A DNA stretch of 64,000 nt from a virus. The first letter of the stretch is position 1, and each line of letters starts with the position of its first letter. The position numbers and the translations under genes were made by a program. The notes beneath the pieces were generated by a model that worked only from the letters and a program-made list of their open reading frames with translations, searched no databases and was not told the origin of the DNA. Shown here piece after piece: positions 1 through 7,103 of the stretch. The stretch lies in the IMG/VR virus record IMGVR_UViG_3300027541_000218, positions 1 to 64,000 of that record. One strand, 5' to 3'.

Positions 1-2
1 AG

Positions 3-128
3 AGTTTCCACGATTGGCAATACAAGGAAATGGTAGAGGAAATTGAAAACGCTATCCGTATTCTGAAAATGACAGATGAGGAAGTAGTTTCAACTTCAAC
101 TTACAACGCTATCGCTAGATACTTGTAA
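3..128 (+). CDS. 3' end of hypothetical protein (truncated by window edge)
   Basis: Open frame ...MVEEIENAIRILKMTDEEVVSTSTYNAIARYL* ending at TAA 126-128. Confidence 0.6.
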   Translation, partial: SFHDWQYKEMVEEIENAIRILKMTDEEVVSTSTYNAIARYL

Positions 129-133
129 ATCAC

Positions 134-160
134 TTTCCTGAGCATGAAATAAAACTGCTC
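134..160 (+). repeat. H-type pseudoknot repeat, copy 1
   Basis: TTTC-CTGAGCA-T-GAAA-TAAAAC-TGCTC; P1 TTTC/GAAA, P2 GAGCA/TGCTC. Confidence 0.85.
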
Positions 161-192
161 ACCAAACCACCACAAACAGAAAGGTAAAACAA

Positions 193-360
193 ATGACATT
201 AGGCGGATACACTTATCAAGTAGGAGATTTATTCACTACTTCTAAGACAGGCGTTACAGGCAGAATTGAAAAGTTTATTCCTGTTCGTCAAAATGTAACT
301 CGTGTTATGTTGCGCTTGGCAAATAATCAAACAAGATTTGCTATGGTAAAAACATACTAA
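193..360 (+). CDS. small hypothetical protein (55 aa)
   Basis: AGAAAGG RBS at 178-184; MTLGGYTYQVGDLFTTSKTGVTGRIEK...; absent from the ORF track (<60 aa). Confidence 0.75.
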   Translation: MTLGGYTYQVGDLFTTSKTGVTGRIEKFIPVRQNVTRVMLRLANNQTRFAMVKTY

Positions 361-367
361 CAGAATT

Positions 368-441
368 GCTCTCTGTGTTCACGGCAGACTGCGATCTAAA
401 ACTAGATTAGATTGAACTTTCTGCGAAAGTCCCTTGAGAGC
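368..441 (+). ncRNA. candidate multi-branch structured RNA before pseudoknot copy 2
   Basis: GCTCTC/GAGAGC closing stem enclosing the hairpins GATCTA/TAGATT and ACTTTC/GAAAGT. Confidence 0.35.
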
Positions 442-444
442 CTT

Positions 445-471
445 CATCCTGAGCATGATGTAAAACTGCTC
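445..471 (+). repeat. H-type pseudoknot repeat, copy 2
   Basis: CATC-CTGAGCA-T-GATG-TAAAAC-TGCTC. Confidence 0.85.
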
Positions 472-488
472 TAAAACCCCCCGACCCG

Positions 489-504
489 TGTGACTAAGAT
501 CACA
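489..504. promoter_or_regulatory. CRP/GlxR-type operator
   Basis: TGTGA-CTAAGA-TCACA, perfect TGTGA-N6-TCACA. Confidence 0.7.
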
Positions 505-536
505 TCTCATTATGTGAGATTAATTAAGAAATAGAT

Positions 537-565
537 TTGTATTTCCCACATTTTTTTGCTATGCT
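537..565 (+). promoter_or_regulatory. sigma70/SigA-type promoter
   Basis: TTGTAT-17 bp-TATGCT with extended -10 TG. Confidence 0.6.
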
Positions 566-595
566 TAGTTATACCAACAAGAAAGGAAAGCCCTA

Positions 596-859
596 ATGAT
601 ATCAACCGCATTAGCAATACAAGAAGCAACAATGGAAGCCGTTCATGACGAGGAAACTATGAATATGGCTGCCCATATTTTTCATTCACGAAATGAAGTT
701 TCAGAGGATGAATTTATCAGAATGATGTTTATGTATTCTGCTCATCTATCAGCGATTACTGCTACTCTAGTTACTCATGCCTGCTTGACTGAAAGCCAAC
801 TAAATGATATGCTAGAAACAATAAAAGAAATGGAAACAATGGGAAAGGACATTGAATAA
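596..859 (+). CDS. hypothetical protein
   Basis: 87-aa ORF with AGAAAGG RBS at 580-586. Confidence 0.8.
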   Translation: MISTALAIQEATMEAVHDEETMNMAAHIFHSRNEVSEDEFIRMMFMYSAHLSAITATLVTHACLTESQLNDMLETIKEMETMGKDIE

Positions 860-1314
860 TGGAAGAGACAACAATAGAGGTCCCCTCACACTATAACGCT
901 AATCAATTAGTAACCTATAAGGTTATCAAGGATGGCGTAGCCTCATTCCCAACTACTAAGGTTAATGACCTTGAGTGGGAACTAGAGCAATACCGTCGCA
1001 CTCAGGACAGAGTTAATGAACTCCAGTCTACAATCAATAAAATTATCGATAACATGTCTGAAGAGTATTGGTTTAATCCTAATACAGAAAAAGAAACAAT
1101 ACTCGAAGACCTTTGCGAGATTTTAAAATTCAACCCAGTTAAAACTGTAGAATTCTCTGCAGTAATTAATGTTAATGGTGCAATCGAAATTCCTCTAAAC
1201 GAAGCAGAAGACTTTGATTTAGAATCATTCTTGTCAGATACAATTAGCGTTGATTCTTACGGCGGTAATGTTGATATTCATGATTGGAATATTGATAATG
1301 CATATGAAAACTAG
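859..1314 (+). CDS. hypothetical acidic protein
   Basis: 151-aa ORF, TAATG coupling, GGAAAGG RBS. Confidence 0.8.
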   Translation: MEETTIEVPSHYNANQLVTYKVIKDGVASFPTTKVNDLEWELEQYRRTQDRVNELQSTINKIIDNMSEEYWFNPNTEKETILEDLCEILKFNPVKTVEFSAVINVNGAIEIPLNEAEDFDLESFLSDTISVDSYGGNVDIHDWNIDNAYEN

Positions 1315-1338
1315 TTTCTGATAGGGGGCTATCCGAAA

Positions 1339-1368
1339 AGGACCTGAGTACGTCCTAATAAACTGCTC
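1339..1368 (+). repeat. H-type pseudoknot repeat, copy 3
   Basis: AGGAC-CTGAGTA-C-GTCCT-AATAAAC-TGCTC (U-G wobble in P2). Confidence 0.85.
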
Positions 1369-1406
1369 AATTTTTATTTGAGATCCCCCGCAAATGGGTC
1401 GGGGGG

Positions 1407-1438
1407 CGTGATATAAATCACATGTGAGATTAAGCACA
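1407..1438. promoter_or_regulatory. tandem CRP/GlxR-type operators
   Basis: CGTGA-TATAAA-TCACA directly followed by TGTGA-GATTAA-GCACA. Confidence 0.65.
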
Positions 1439-1470
1439 TGTCCGATTTTTCCCATTTTAATTAAGATGAT

Positions 1471-1499
1471 TTGACTTTATTTCCCCGTAATGCTAAACT
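1471..1499 (+). promoter_or_regulatory. SigA-type promoter
   Basis: TTGACT-17 bp-TAAACT with extended -10 TG. Confidence 0.65.
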
Positions 1500-1528
1500 A
1501 GATTGTAATCTATTGAAAGGAAAAAAAT

Positions 1529-2551
1529 ATGGCTCATGAATTAGAAACCCAAAATGGTGTTGCTAGTTTCGCTTCTTTCCGTGAACCTGCTTGGCATGGT
1601 CTAGGCACAGTATTCACAGAAGAAAAAAATACAGCAGAAATGTTGGCTGCTGCTAATCTAAATAACTGGAATGTTCGTCTTGAAGATGTAAATATTCCTA
1701 CTCACTTATCATCAGATAAGAACTACCAATATGTAGTGCGTACCAATCCTACAGATAACACTCAGACAGATATTCTTGGTGTTGTAGGTGAGCGTTATCA
1801 TGTTCTACAGAATGAAGATTTATTTTCATTTGGTGACAATATCCTAGATGGTGGTGGTCGTTGGGAAACTGCTGGCGCTATTCGTGGTGGTCGTGTAGTA
1901 TTTGGCTCTCTTGCTCTTGAGCGTGAGACAGTGCTAGACCCTAATGGTGTTGCAGATAAGGTAAAGACTTATCTTCTTATCAACACATCACACGATGGCT
2001 CTATTGCTATTCAAGCGTCAATCACTCCCGTTCGTGTTGTGTGCGCTAACACTCTCAACCTTGCTCTTGGTGGCGTAGGTCGTAAGCGTAATAAAGGTAT
2101 CAAGCAATCTTTCAAGATTCGCCATACTCAGACAGCACAAGGTAAAGTCGCTATTGCTCGTGAGGCTCTTGGTCTTGCCAATACCTACATGGATGAATTC
2201 GACAAGATGGCACACGCAATGATTCAGAAAGAAATCACAGCCGTTGATTTTAATAAAATCATTCTTGCTGCTTATCCAAAGCCTGAGAAAGATACTAAGG
2301 GCGCAATCAAGAAGTGGGAAAATAAAGTTGATACAATCAACGATATTTACACTGGCGAATTCAATGGCATGATTGCTAACACTGCTTGGGGTGCGTTCAA
2401 TGCTCTAACTGAGCGCCTTGACTGGTATCGTTCTGCTCGTGGTGGCAATAACGAGAGTATTCTCGCTGCTGCTAGTGGATTTGACCCATCTATCACAGCA
2501 GAAAAAAATCGTTTGCTAACTATTGTTCGCAACACATTAGAATTAGTGTAA
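1529..2551 (+). CDS. DUF932 / TIGR03299-type phage-plasmid protein
   Basis: MAHELE...REPAWHGLG, YHVLQNEDLF, ETAGAIRGG, NTSHDGS, TPVRVVCANTL, IRHT, TAWGAFNALTE motifs. Confidence 0.85.
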   Translation: MAHELETQNGVASFASFREPAWHGLGTVFTEEKNTAEMLAAANLNNWNVRLEDVNIPTHLSSDKNYQYVVRTNPTDNTQTDILGVVGERYHVLQNEDLFSFGDNILDGGGRWETAGAIRGGRVVFGSLALERETVLDPNGVADKVKTYLLINTSHDGSIAIQASITPVRVVCANTLNLALGGVGRKRNKGIKQSFKIRHTQTAQGKVAIAREALGLANTYMDEFDKMAHAMIQKEITAVDFNKIILAAYPKPEKDTKGAIKKWENKVDTINDIYTGEFNGMIANTAWGAFNALTERLDWYRSARGGNNESILAAASGFDPSITAEKNRLLTIVRNTLELV

Positions 2552-2560
2552 ACTAATTCA

Positions 2561-2587
2561 ACACCTGAGCAAGTGTAAAAACTGCTC
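2561..2587 (+). repeat. H-type pseudoknot repeat, copy 4
   Basis: ACAC-CTGAGCA-A-GTGT-AAAAAC-TGCTC; preceded by hairpin GAATTAGT-GTAA-ACTAATTC, followed by a T-tract. Confidence 0.85.
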
Positions 2588-2716
2588 ACTATTTTTTTTG
2601 CAGATCATAAATTGAAATTGTAATCTTAATATGTGAGACGGGTCGGGGGTGTCCGTTTTGTACCTTTTATTAAGAATGATAGTATTATTTTTTAAAATTT
2701 TTTTATTAAGAGGGAC

Positions 2717-2745
2717 TTGATTTTTTCCCGAAATTTTGGTATTCT
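2717..2745 (+). promoter_or_regulatory. SigA-type promoter
   Basis: TTGATT-17 bp-TATTCT with extended -10 TG. Confidence 0.55.
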
Positions 2746-2772
2746 ATATTTACACCAAGAAAGGAAATAAAA

Positions 2773-2994
2773 ATGAAAGTTGAATTATATGAAATGGAAT
2801 ATTCTGTTTCTCCAGGAGGCAAGGATTGCTGGGAAGCAACAGTATATACAGGCTTAGGACATTCTTCTAACTATAGTGAATATAGATCTGCTGGAGAGGC
2901 TTTAGACCATTTGATTTCTGTATACCCTGGCGTAGAACTAGAAGTTGACGTAACTACCCTTGAAGCGTATAATTTACAACAGGAAAGGGTATAA
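2773..2994 (+). CDS. hypothetical protein
   Basis: 73 aa, AGAAAGG RBS at 2758-2764. Confidence 0.75.
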   Translation: MKVELYEMEYSVSPGGKDCWEATVYTGLGHSSNYSEYRSAGEALDHLISVYPGVELEVDVTTLEAYNLQQERV

Positions 2995-2996
2995 AA

Positions 2997-3134
2997 ATGT
3001 TAGTAGACGACTTAATTATTAAAGTATATGAGGATAATTATTCCCATATGGACTTTATGGAAAATATGAATGGTGGAGACTGTGATTGTGCTTTACATTC
3101 TTTCTTTAAAGTAATAGAGGTTTATACATGCTAG
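2997..3134 (+). CDS. small hypothetical protein (45 aa)
   Basis: GGAAAGGG RBS; MLVDDLIIKVYEDNYSHMDF...CDCALH; hand-translated. Confidence 0.55.
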   Translation: MLVDDLIIKVYEDNYSHMDFMENMNGGDCDCALHSFFKVIEVYTC

Positions 3135-3277
3135 GTTATGAAAAATCAGATTTAGACATGATGATTGCTAATGTAAACATTGCTTCTAAGCAATTAGGCA
3201 ATTCAGGTATTGCTAGGGGACTAGATGAAGTATCTTTATTTCTTCAAGGTCTATGGGCAGAGGGGTACTTTGACTAA
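3128..3277 (+). CDS. small hypothetical protein (49 aa)
   Basis: MLGYEKSDLDMM...FLQGLWAEGYFD*; overlaps neighbours in operon fashion. Confidence 0.55.
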   Translation: MLGYEKSDLDMMIANVNIASKQLGNSGIARGLDEVSLFLQGLWAEGYFD

Positions 3278-3402
3278 TGGATAAAGTTTTATACTGGTCA
3301 GATCTAGCAGAGTTAACTCATCAAACACAAGTAGATTTATTTGACTTCTGTGCTTGTGAAGAGCAAGAGTTATTTCCATATGAGGATTGTCCAAGGGTGT
3401 GA
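3277..3402 (+). CDS. small Cys-containing hypothetical protein (41 aa)
   Basis: TAATG coupling; MDKVLYWSDLAELTHQTQVDLFDFCACEEQ... Confidence 0.5.
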   Translation: MDKVLYWSDLAELTHQTQVDLFDFCACEEQELFPYEDCPRV

Positions 3403-3413
3403 CGAAAGTCACA
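3398..3413. promoter_or_regulatory. CRP/GlxR-type operator upstream of a TTGACT -35 (3424)
   Basis: TGTGA-CGAAAG-TCACA, perfect consensus. Confidence 0.7.
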
Positions 3414-3561
3414 TTACGAGGGCTTGACTTATACCCCTGATTTTGGGAAAATAAGACTATGGACATTTACTTAGAGGAACTCACCAAAACTGTAGCCTAT
3501 CACGATTCGTATTGTGATTGCCGTGATTGCGCTATGTATTATTTTCTAACAGAAAGGGAAA

Positions 3562-3750
3562 ATGAAAATGCCAATGTATGACCTAAAGGTAGTAGTAGAG
3601 TATTTCTATGAAGTAGAAGCAGAGACTGAGGAACAAGCAGAGGAACTTGGTTGGCACTATGAAGACCACGCTTACTCAGGCGAAGTTTATTCTATTGAGG
3701 TATGGGAAAAAGAAGAAGAGGAAGTAGAACTAGATGAGGAGGTTAAGTAA
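3562..3750 (+). CDS. hypothetical acidic protein
   Basis: 62 aa; AGAAAGGGA RBS at 3551-3559. Confidence 0.7.
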   Translation: MKMPMYDLKVVVEYFYEVEAETEEQAEELGWHYEDHAYSGEVYSIEVWEKEEEEVELDEEVK

Positions 3751-4481
3751 TGCCTAACTGGTGCTATAACTATCTTGACATATCAGGTGATGAAGCCTTG
3801 GTTGCAGATGTAAAACGACAACTCAACAAACCATTTGTCATGAGCCATGATTCATGGAATATGAATACAAAACAAATGGAAATATCAGAAACAAGTTATT
3901 CAAACCCTGTCTTTGCATTTCATAATATATATAATCATAGACAAGACGGTATCTCAGATGAGGATTACATAAAGCAACCTGACCATACCCTGCCTTTAGA
4001 AGAATCTCTTATGTTCAAGGGCAACCATTGGTACGACTGGAATGTTCGCAACTGGGGAACCAAATGGGATGTTGCAGTTCGTGACGGTGATGAGTATCCT
4101 GAGACTGAGTTATATGAAGAGACTGATAGTTCTGTGGGGTATAAGTTTAATACTGCTTGGTCTCCACCTGTTGAGGCTATAACTAAACTATCAGAACAGT
4201 ATCCTAGCCTAGAGATGAATCTATCTTATGAGGAAGAAACTGGTTGGGGTGGTTCTGTCAACTTCAATAACGGTATTGCTACTGAAGAAGAATCATATGA
4301 AAACAAATGTAGAGATTGTGATTCACTAAATAGTTTAGAATACTGTGAAAATGATTGTGGTGAGATTTGTTCAGAGTGTAATTATATGGGGGAAGCAGAC
4401 CTTGACTGTGTTGCGGAATGTGATACCCACAAGGTATACTTGGACAATGTGCCAGAATACAGAAAGGTAAGCAATGATTGA
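3750..4481 (+). CDS. YubB/DUF1281-like ferredoxin-fold protein with Cys-rich tail
   Basis: MPNWCYN start, WYDWNVRNWGTKWD, FNTAWSPP, YEEETGWGG motifs. Confidence 0.7.
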   Translation: MPNWCYNYLDISGDEALVADVKRQLNKPFVMSHDSWNMNTKQMEISETSYSNPVFAFHNIYNHRQDGISDEDYIKQPDHTLPLEESLMFKGNHWYDWNVRNWGTKWDVAVRDGDEYPETELYEETDSSVGYKFNTAWSPPVEAITKLSEQYPSLEMNLSYEEETGWGGSVNFNNGIATEEESYENKCRDCDSLNSLEYCENDCGEICSECNYMGEADLDCVAECDTHKVYLDNVPEYRKVSND

Positions 4482-4671
4482 CAAGTTAGTAGAATATATC
4501 AAGTTACATGCTCTTAGCATGGAGCAAGATATTGAAAACATTCATACTAAATATGAAGCAGGTGGTATGTATTCAAATGAGGATACGTACATGGAAGAGT
4601 ATTTGGCAGGTGCCATTGCTGCCTGCTATCATATTCTATCTACAATTGACGAGTTCAGAAAGGAACAGTAG
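4474..4671 (+). CDS. hypothetical protein
   Basis: 65 aa, AGAAAGG RBS at 4461. Confidence 0.7.
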   Translation: MIDKLVEYIKLHALSMEQDIENIHTKYEAGGMYSNEDTYMEEYLAGAIAACYHILSTIDEFRKEQ

Positions 4672-4946
4672 TGGAAATATCACCAACAACATTAGAACCA
4701 TACCTGCAAAAACAGGTAGACCATGATATCAGCGGTATCGATATCATGCACGGTCACCTAAAAGTTCTCATGCTGCAGGCAGAGCAAGAACTAATTAATG
4801 CACAGGCTTTGGAGGATGAAACTGAAGAGGCTATGGATTCTATGGAACGTAAATATTGGGAGGGTATGTGTGACGCATATGCTCATCTATATAGTTTGAC
4901 ATATGATTTATCATTCGCAATAGCAGCAAGAAAGGAAGAAGAATAA
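4671..4946 (+). CDS. hypothetical protein
   Basis: 91 aa, GTG start, AGAAAGG RBS at 4657. Confidence 0.7.
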   Translation: MEISPTTLEPYLQKQVDHDISGIDIMHGHLKVLMLQAEQELINAQALEDETEEAMDSMERKYWEGMCDAYAHLYSLTYDLSFAIAARKEEE

Positions 4947-5296
4947 TGGGAGCACGTTGTACATTTGTATTTAAAACTAGTGAGGACCATGCCGTGGCAC
5001 TATACAGCCACTGGGGTGAGGACTCGTTGTATCCAGACCTGGCAGCGGCATTGAATCATGCAAGACCTAGGTGGACGGACCCTTCATATGGTACCCGTAT
5101 GGCAATTAGTTATTTAATTCAGGATAACATCATGGACGAGACTGGCTTTGGTATCTATGGGTGTGACCCTACGGACCAGGCATTCATGGACACACCAATC
5201 ACAATTGATTTTACAGATAATACTGTAGGCAATGGTGAAGACTGGCATTCATTTGATGAGTTTGTTAATTATCATGGAATGGCTATCTCAAAATAA
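4946..5296 (+). CDS. hypothetical phage protein (YxHW motif)
   Basis: 116 aa, AGAAAGG RBS at 4929; MGARC...LYSHWG. Confidence 0.75.
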   Translation: MGARCTFVFKTSEDHAVALYSHWGEDSLYPDLAAALNHARPRWTDPSYGTRMAISYLIQDNIMDETGFGIYGCDPTDQAFMDTPITIDFTDNTVGNGEDWHSFDEFVNYHGMAISK

Positions 5297-5340
5297 ATTT
5301 ATCTGAGAAGACGGAGAATGGGTCACTCCGCACACAGGGT

Positions 5341-5383
5341 GAGGCGCAGGCTGTGGTGGGTCTTGCGCCTCCCCACCTTTTTT
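5341..5383 (+). terminator. intrinsic terminator
   Basis: GAGGCGCAGG...TCTTGCGCCTC stem with a downstream T-run. Confidence 0.6.
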
Positions 5384-5397
5384 GGTAGAATGGAGGT

Positions 5398-5637
5398 ATG
5401 CGTATATTGAGAGGTCTTAGGCTAGGAATATCAAAAGAAGAAAAGGTTGCTATTGCTATTGGCAGACTTGTATCTGACTTTGGTCTTGACCTTGAGGCAG
5501 TTGGAAAATATCTAGCAACAACACAGCCATATGTAGTTTATGCTCGTGTGCTGGAGGTATTAGAAGCAACTGAATACAACAAGACTGTATCAGAGTATAG
5601 GCAGATAGGACAATACTATGGCGACCAACTTCGCTAA
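5398..5637 (+). CDS. hypothetical protein (probably leaderless)
   Basis: 79 aa; TAGAAT 6 nt before the ATG. Confidence 0.7.
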   Translation: MRILRGLRLGISKEEKVAIAIGRLVSDFGLDLEAVGKYLATTQPYVVYARVLEVLEATEYNKTVSEYRQIGQYYGDQLR

Positions 5638-5890
5638 CAAAGCGGGTATATTATCAGATCTCTGGATTAACTTTAGAGATGAAGAACAGTTCAGTGACTT
5701 TATAGAATATAATGACATTGGACTCCCGTTAGCATATTTTGTTCATACTGAATTAGTTAAACCTGCTGATCAAGCAATAATGTATATAGAAGAAACATTT
5801 AATTTGTTATGTGCTGCATTAGAGTTAGATCTAGAAGGAGACTATGAATCATTGAATGAAATGTTTGATAAATCTAATAATGTAGAGTAG
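5618..5890 (+). CDS. hypothetical protein
   Basis: 90 aa, overlaps the upstream ORF. Confidence 0.7.
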   Translation: MATNFANKAGILSDLWINFRDEEQFSDFIEYNDIGLPLAYFVHTELVKPADQAIMYIEETFNLLCAALELDLEGDYESLNEMFDKSNNVE

Positions 5891-6650
5891 GGTTGACAGC
5901 CTGCAGCAGATGTGCTATGCTGTGGGCTGCGCCCCGACCCTATCTTTCAAATTCCAAACACTTTATTACGAAGATAGTATTTTTTTCCCAGAATTTTTAT
6001 TACGATCAAACATAAAAAATCCCAGCATTTTATCAAACAAATTTTTATTTGTCAAATCAGGGTTATATCCCTTATACTGTATATAGGTATGTTTGTCAAG
6101 GATCTTTTATATACCGCCGCCGAATGGCGGCAGCCCCGAAGGGGCGTGAGATTTCCCAAAAAAACATTAAGAACCCTTTTCAAAAAATCCCTGAAAGTTT
6201 GGCGGGGTACAAAAAGATATACCCAAATCCCTCTATATAAAACATTACGAAAACACTTTATTTTTCCCTGATTTTCAAACATTTTAAAACATTTTTATAT
6301 GGTTTTATAACATTTTGTTATGGTTTTTAAACATTTTTAAACCACATTTTGTCTATAATTTGGGACAAATCATTTGACAAATATGGTTTGATATGGTATT
6401 ATGCAGGCTATTTGGCTATTTGACATATAAGGTTTTATATGATATGGGGTTTGGGAACTGGGTTGGTTTGAACTGTCGCATTACGATCCATCTTCTAAAG
6501 ATGTTCCATTCCCCACTTTCCTCCCTTTTCCTCCACCTATAGTATATGAAAATATAATCAGTAATATATTTTTGTGGATAAACCTGTGGATAACTATGAG
6601 ATTTTGTGGAAAACGGGGTATACAAATCAGGACATTTAGGCTATACTTGT
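5891..6650. other. long AT-rich non-coding region (candidate origin or control region)
   Basis: No credible ORF; ATTACGA and TCAAACA repeats, twin GC hairpins at 6116-6145, DnaA boxes at 6573-6613. Confidence 0.5.
6573..6613 (-). promoter_or_regulatory. three co-oriented DnaA boxes
   Basis: TGTGGATAA (6573), TGTGGATAA (6585), TGTGGAAAA (6605), i.e. TTWTCCACA on the - strand. Confidence 0.6.
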
Positions 6651-6653
6651 CAT

Positions 6654-7019
6654 ATGCAATTCATTCCTGAGCATCAAACCAATAACCTAATCTTGAGGTT
6701 TATAGCCAATCAGATATTTCACCGTATATCCCATATGTTCTTATCTAGGTCATTAAGGATATATTATATATATGAGAATGAGTATGATGAGGATAACTCC
6801 TTTGTACCGCCGAAGTTTGACCATCTTAGAATTAGAACCTATAACTGGCTATACAATGTTTTAGATAAGCCATATAGTAGATGGGGAACACATTACGATA
6901 TATCTTTTGATGATGAAGACCAAGAATTAATGGATAGGCTTGGCTCTGATTATGACGAGAATGGTATCCCATATTGGGAGAAGACAGGAACAGTGGATCC
7001 AGATTATGATTTACGATAA
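6654..7019 (+). CDS. hypothetical protein (probably leaderless)
   Basis: TATACT 6 nt before ATG 6654, in frame with the 137-aa track ORF. Confidence 0.6.
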   Translation: MQFIPEHQTNNLILRFIANQIFHRISHMFLSRSLRIYYIYENEYDEDNSFVPPKFDHLRIRTYNWLYNVLDKPYSRWGTHYDISFDDEDQELMDRLGSDYDENGIPYWEKTGTVDPDYDLR

Positions 7020-7068
7020 AATATCTACATGCCTTGAATGGCTAAGTATAAATGACATTGAATGGGAT

Positions 7069-7098
7069 TTGACATACTAGCCAACACTTTGCTATAAT
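7069..7098 (+). promoter_or_regulatory. consensus SigA promoter for the sRNA
   Basis: TTGACA-18 bp-TATAAT with extended -10 TG; no ORF directly downstream. Confidence 0.75.
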
Positions 7099-7103
7099 TA
7101 TAT

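Noticed and set aside
368-441. tRNA or hammerhead ribozyme
   Set aside because: No TTCRA T-loop or canonical arm spacing; no CUGANGA core.
6049-6625. Short track ORFs in the AT-rich region
   Set aside because: Overlapping on both strands, no RBS, low-complexity translations; treated as non-coding.
6664-6690. CCTGAGCAT as a sixth pseudoknot copy
   Set aside because: No stem 1 partner and no downstream AAACTGCTC; lies inside an ORF.
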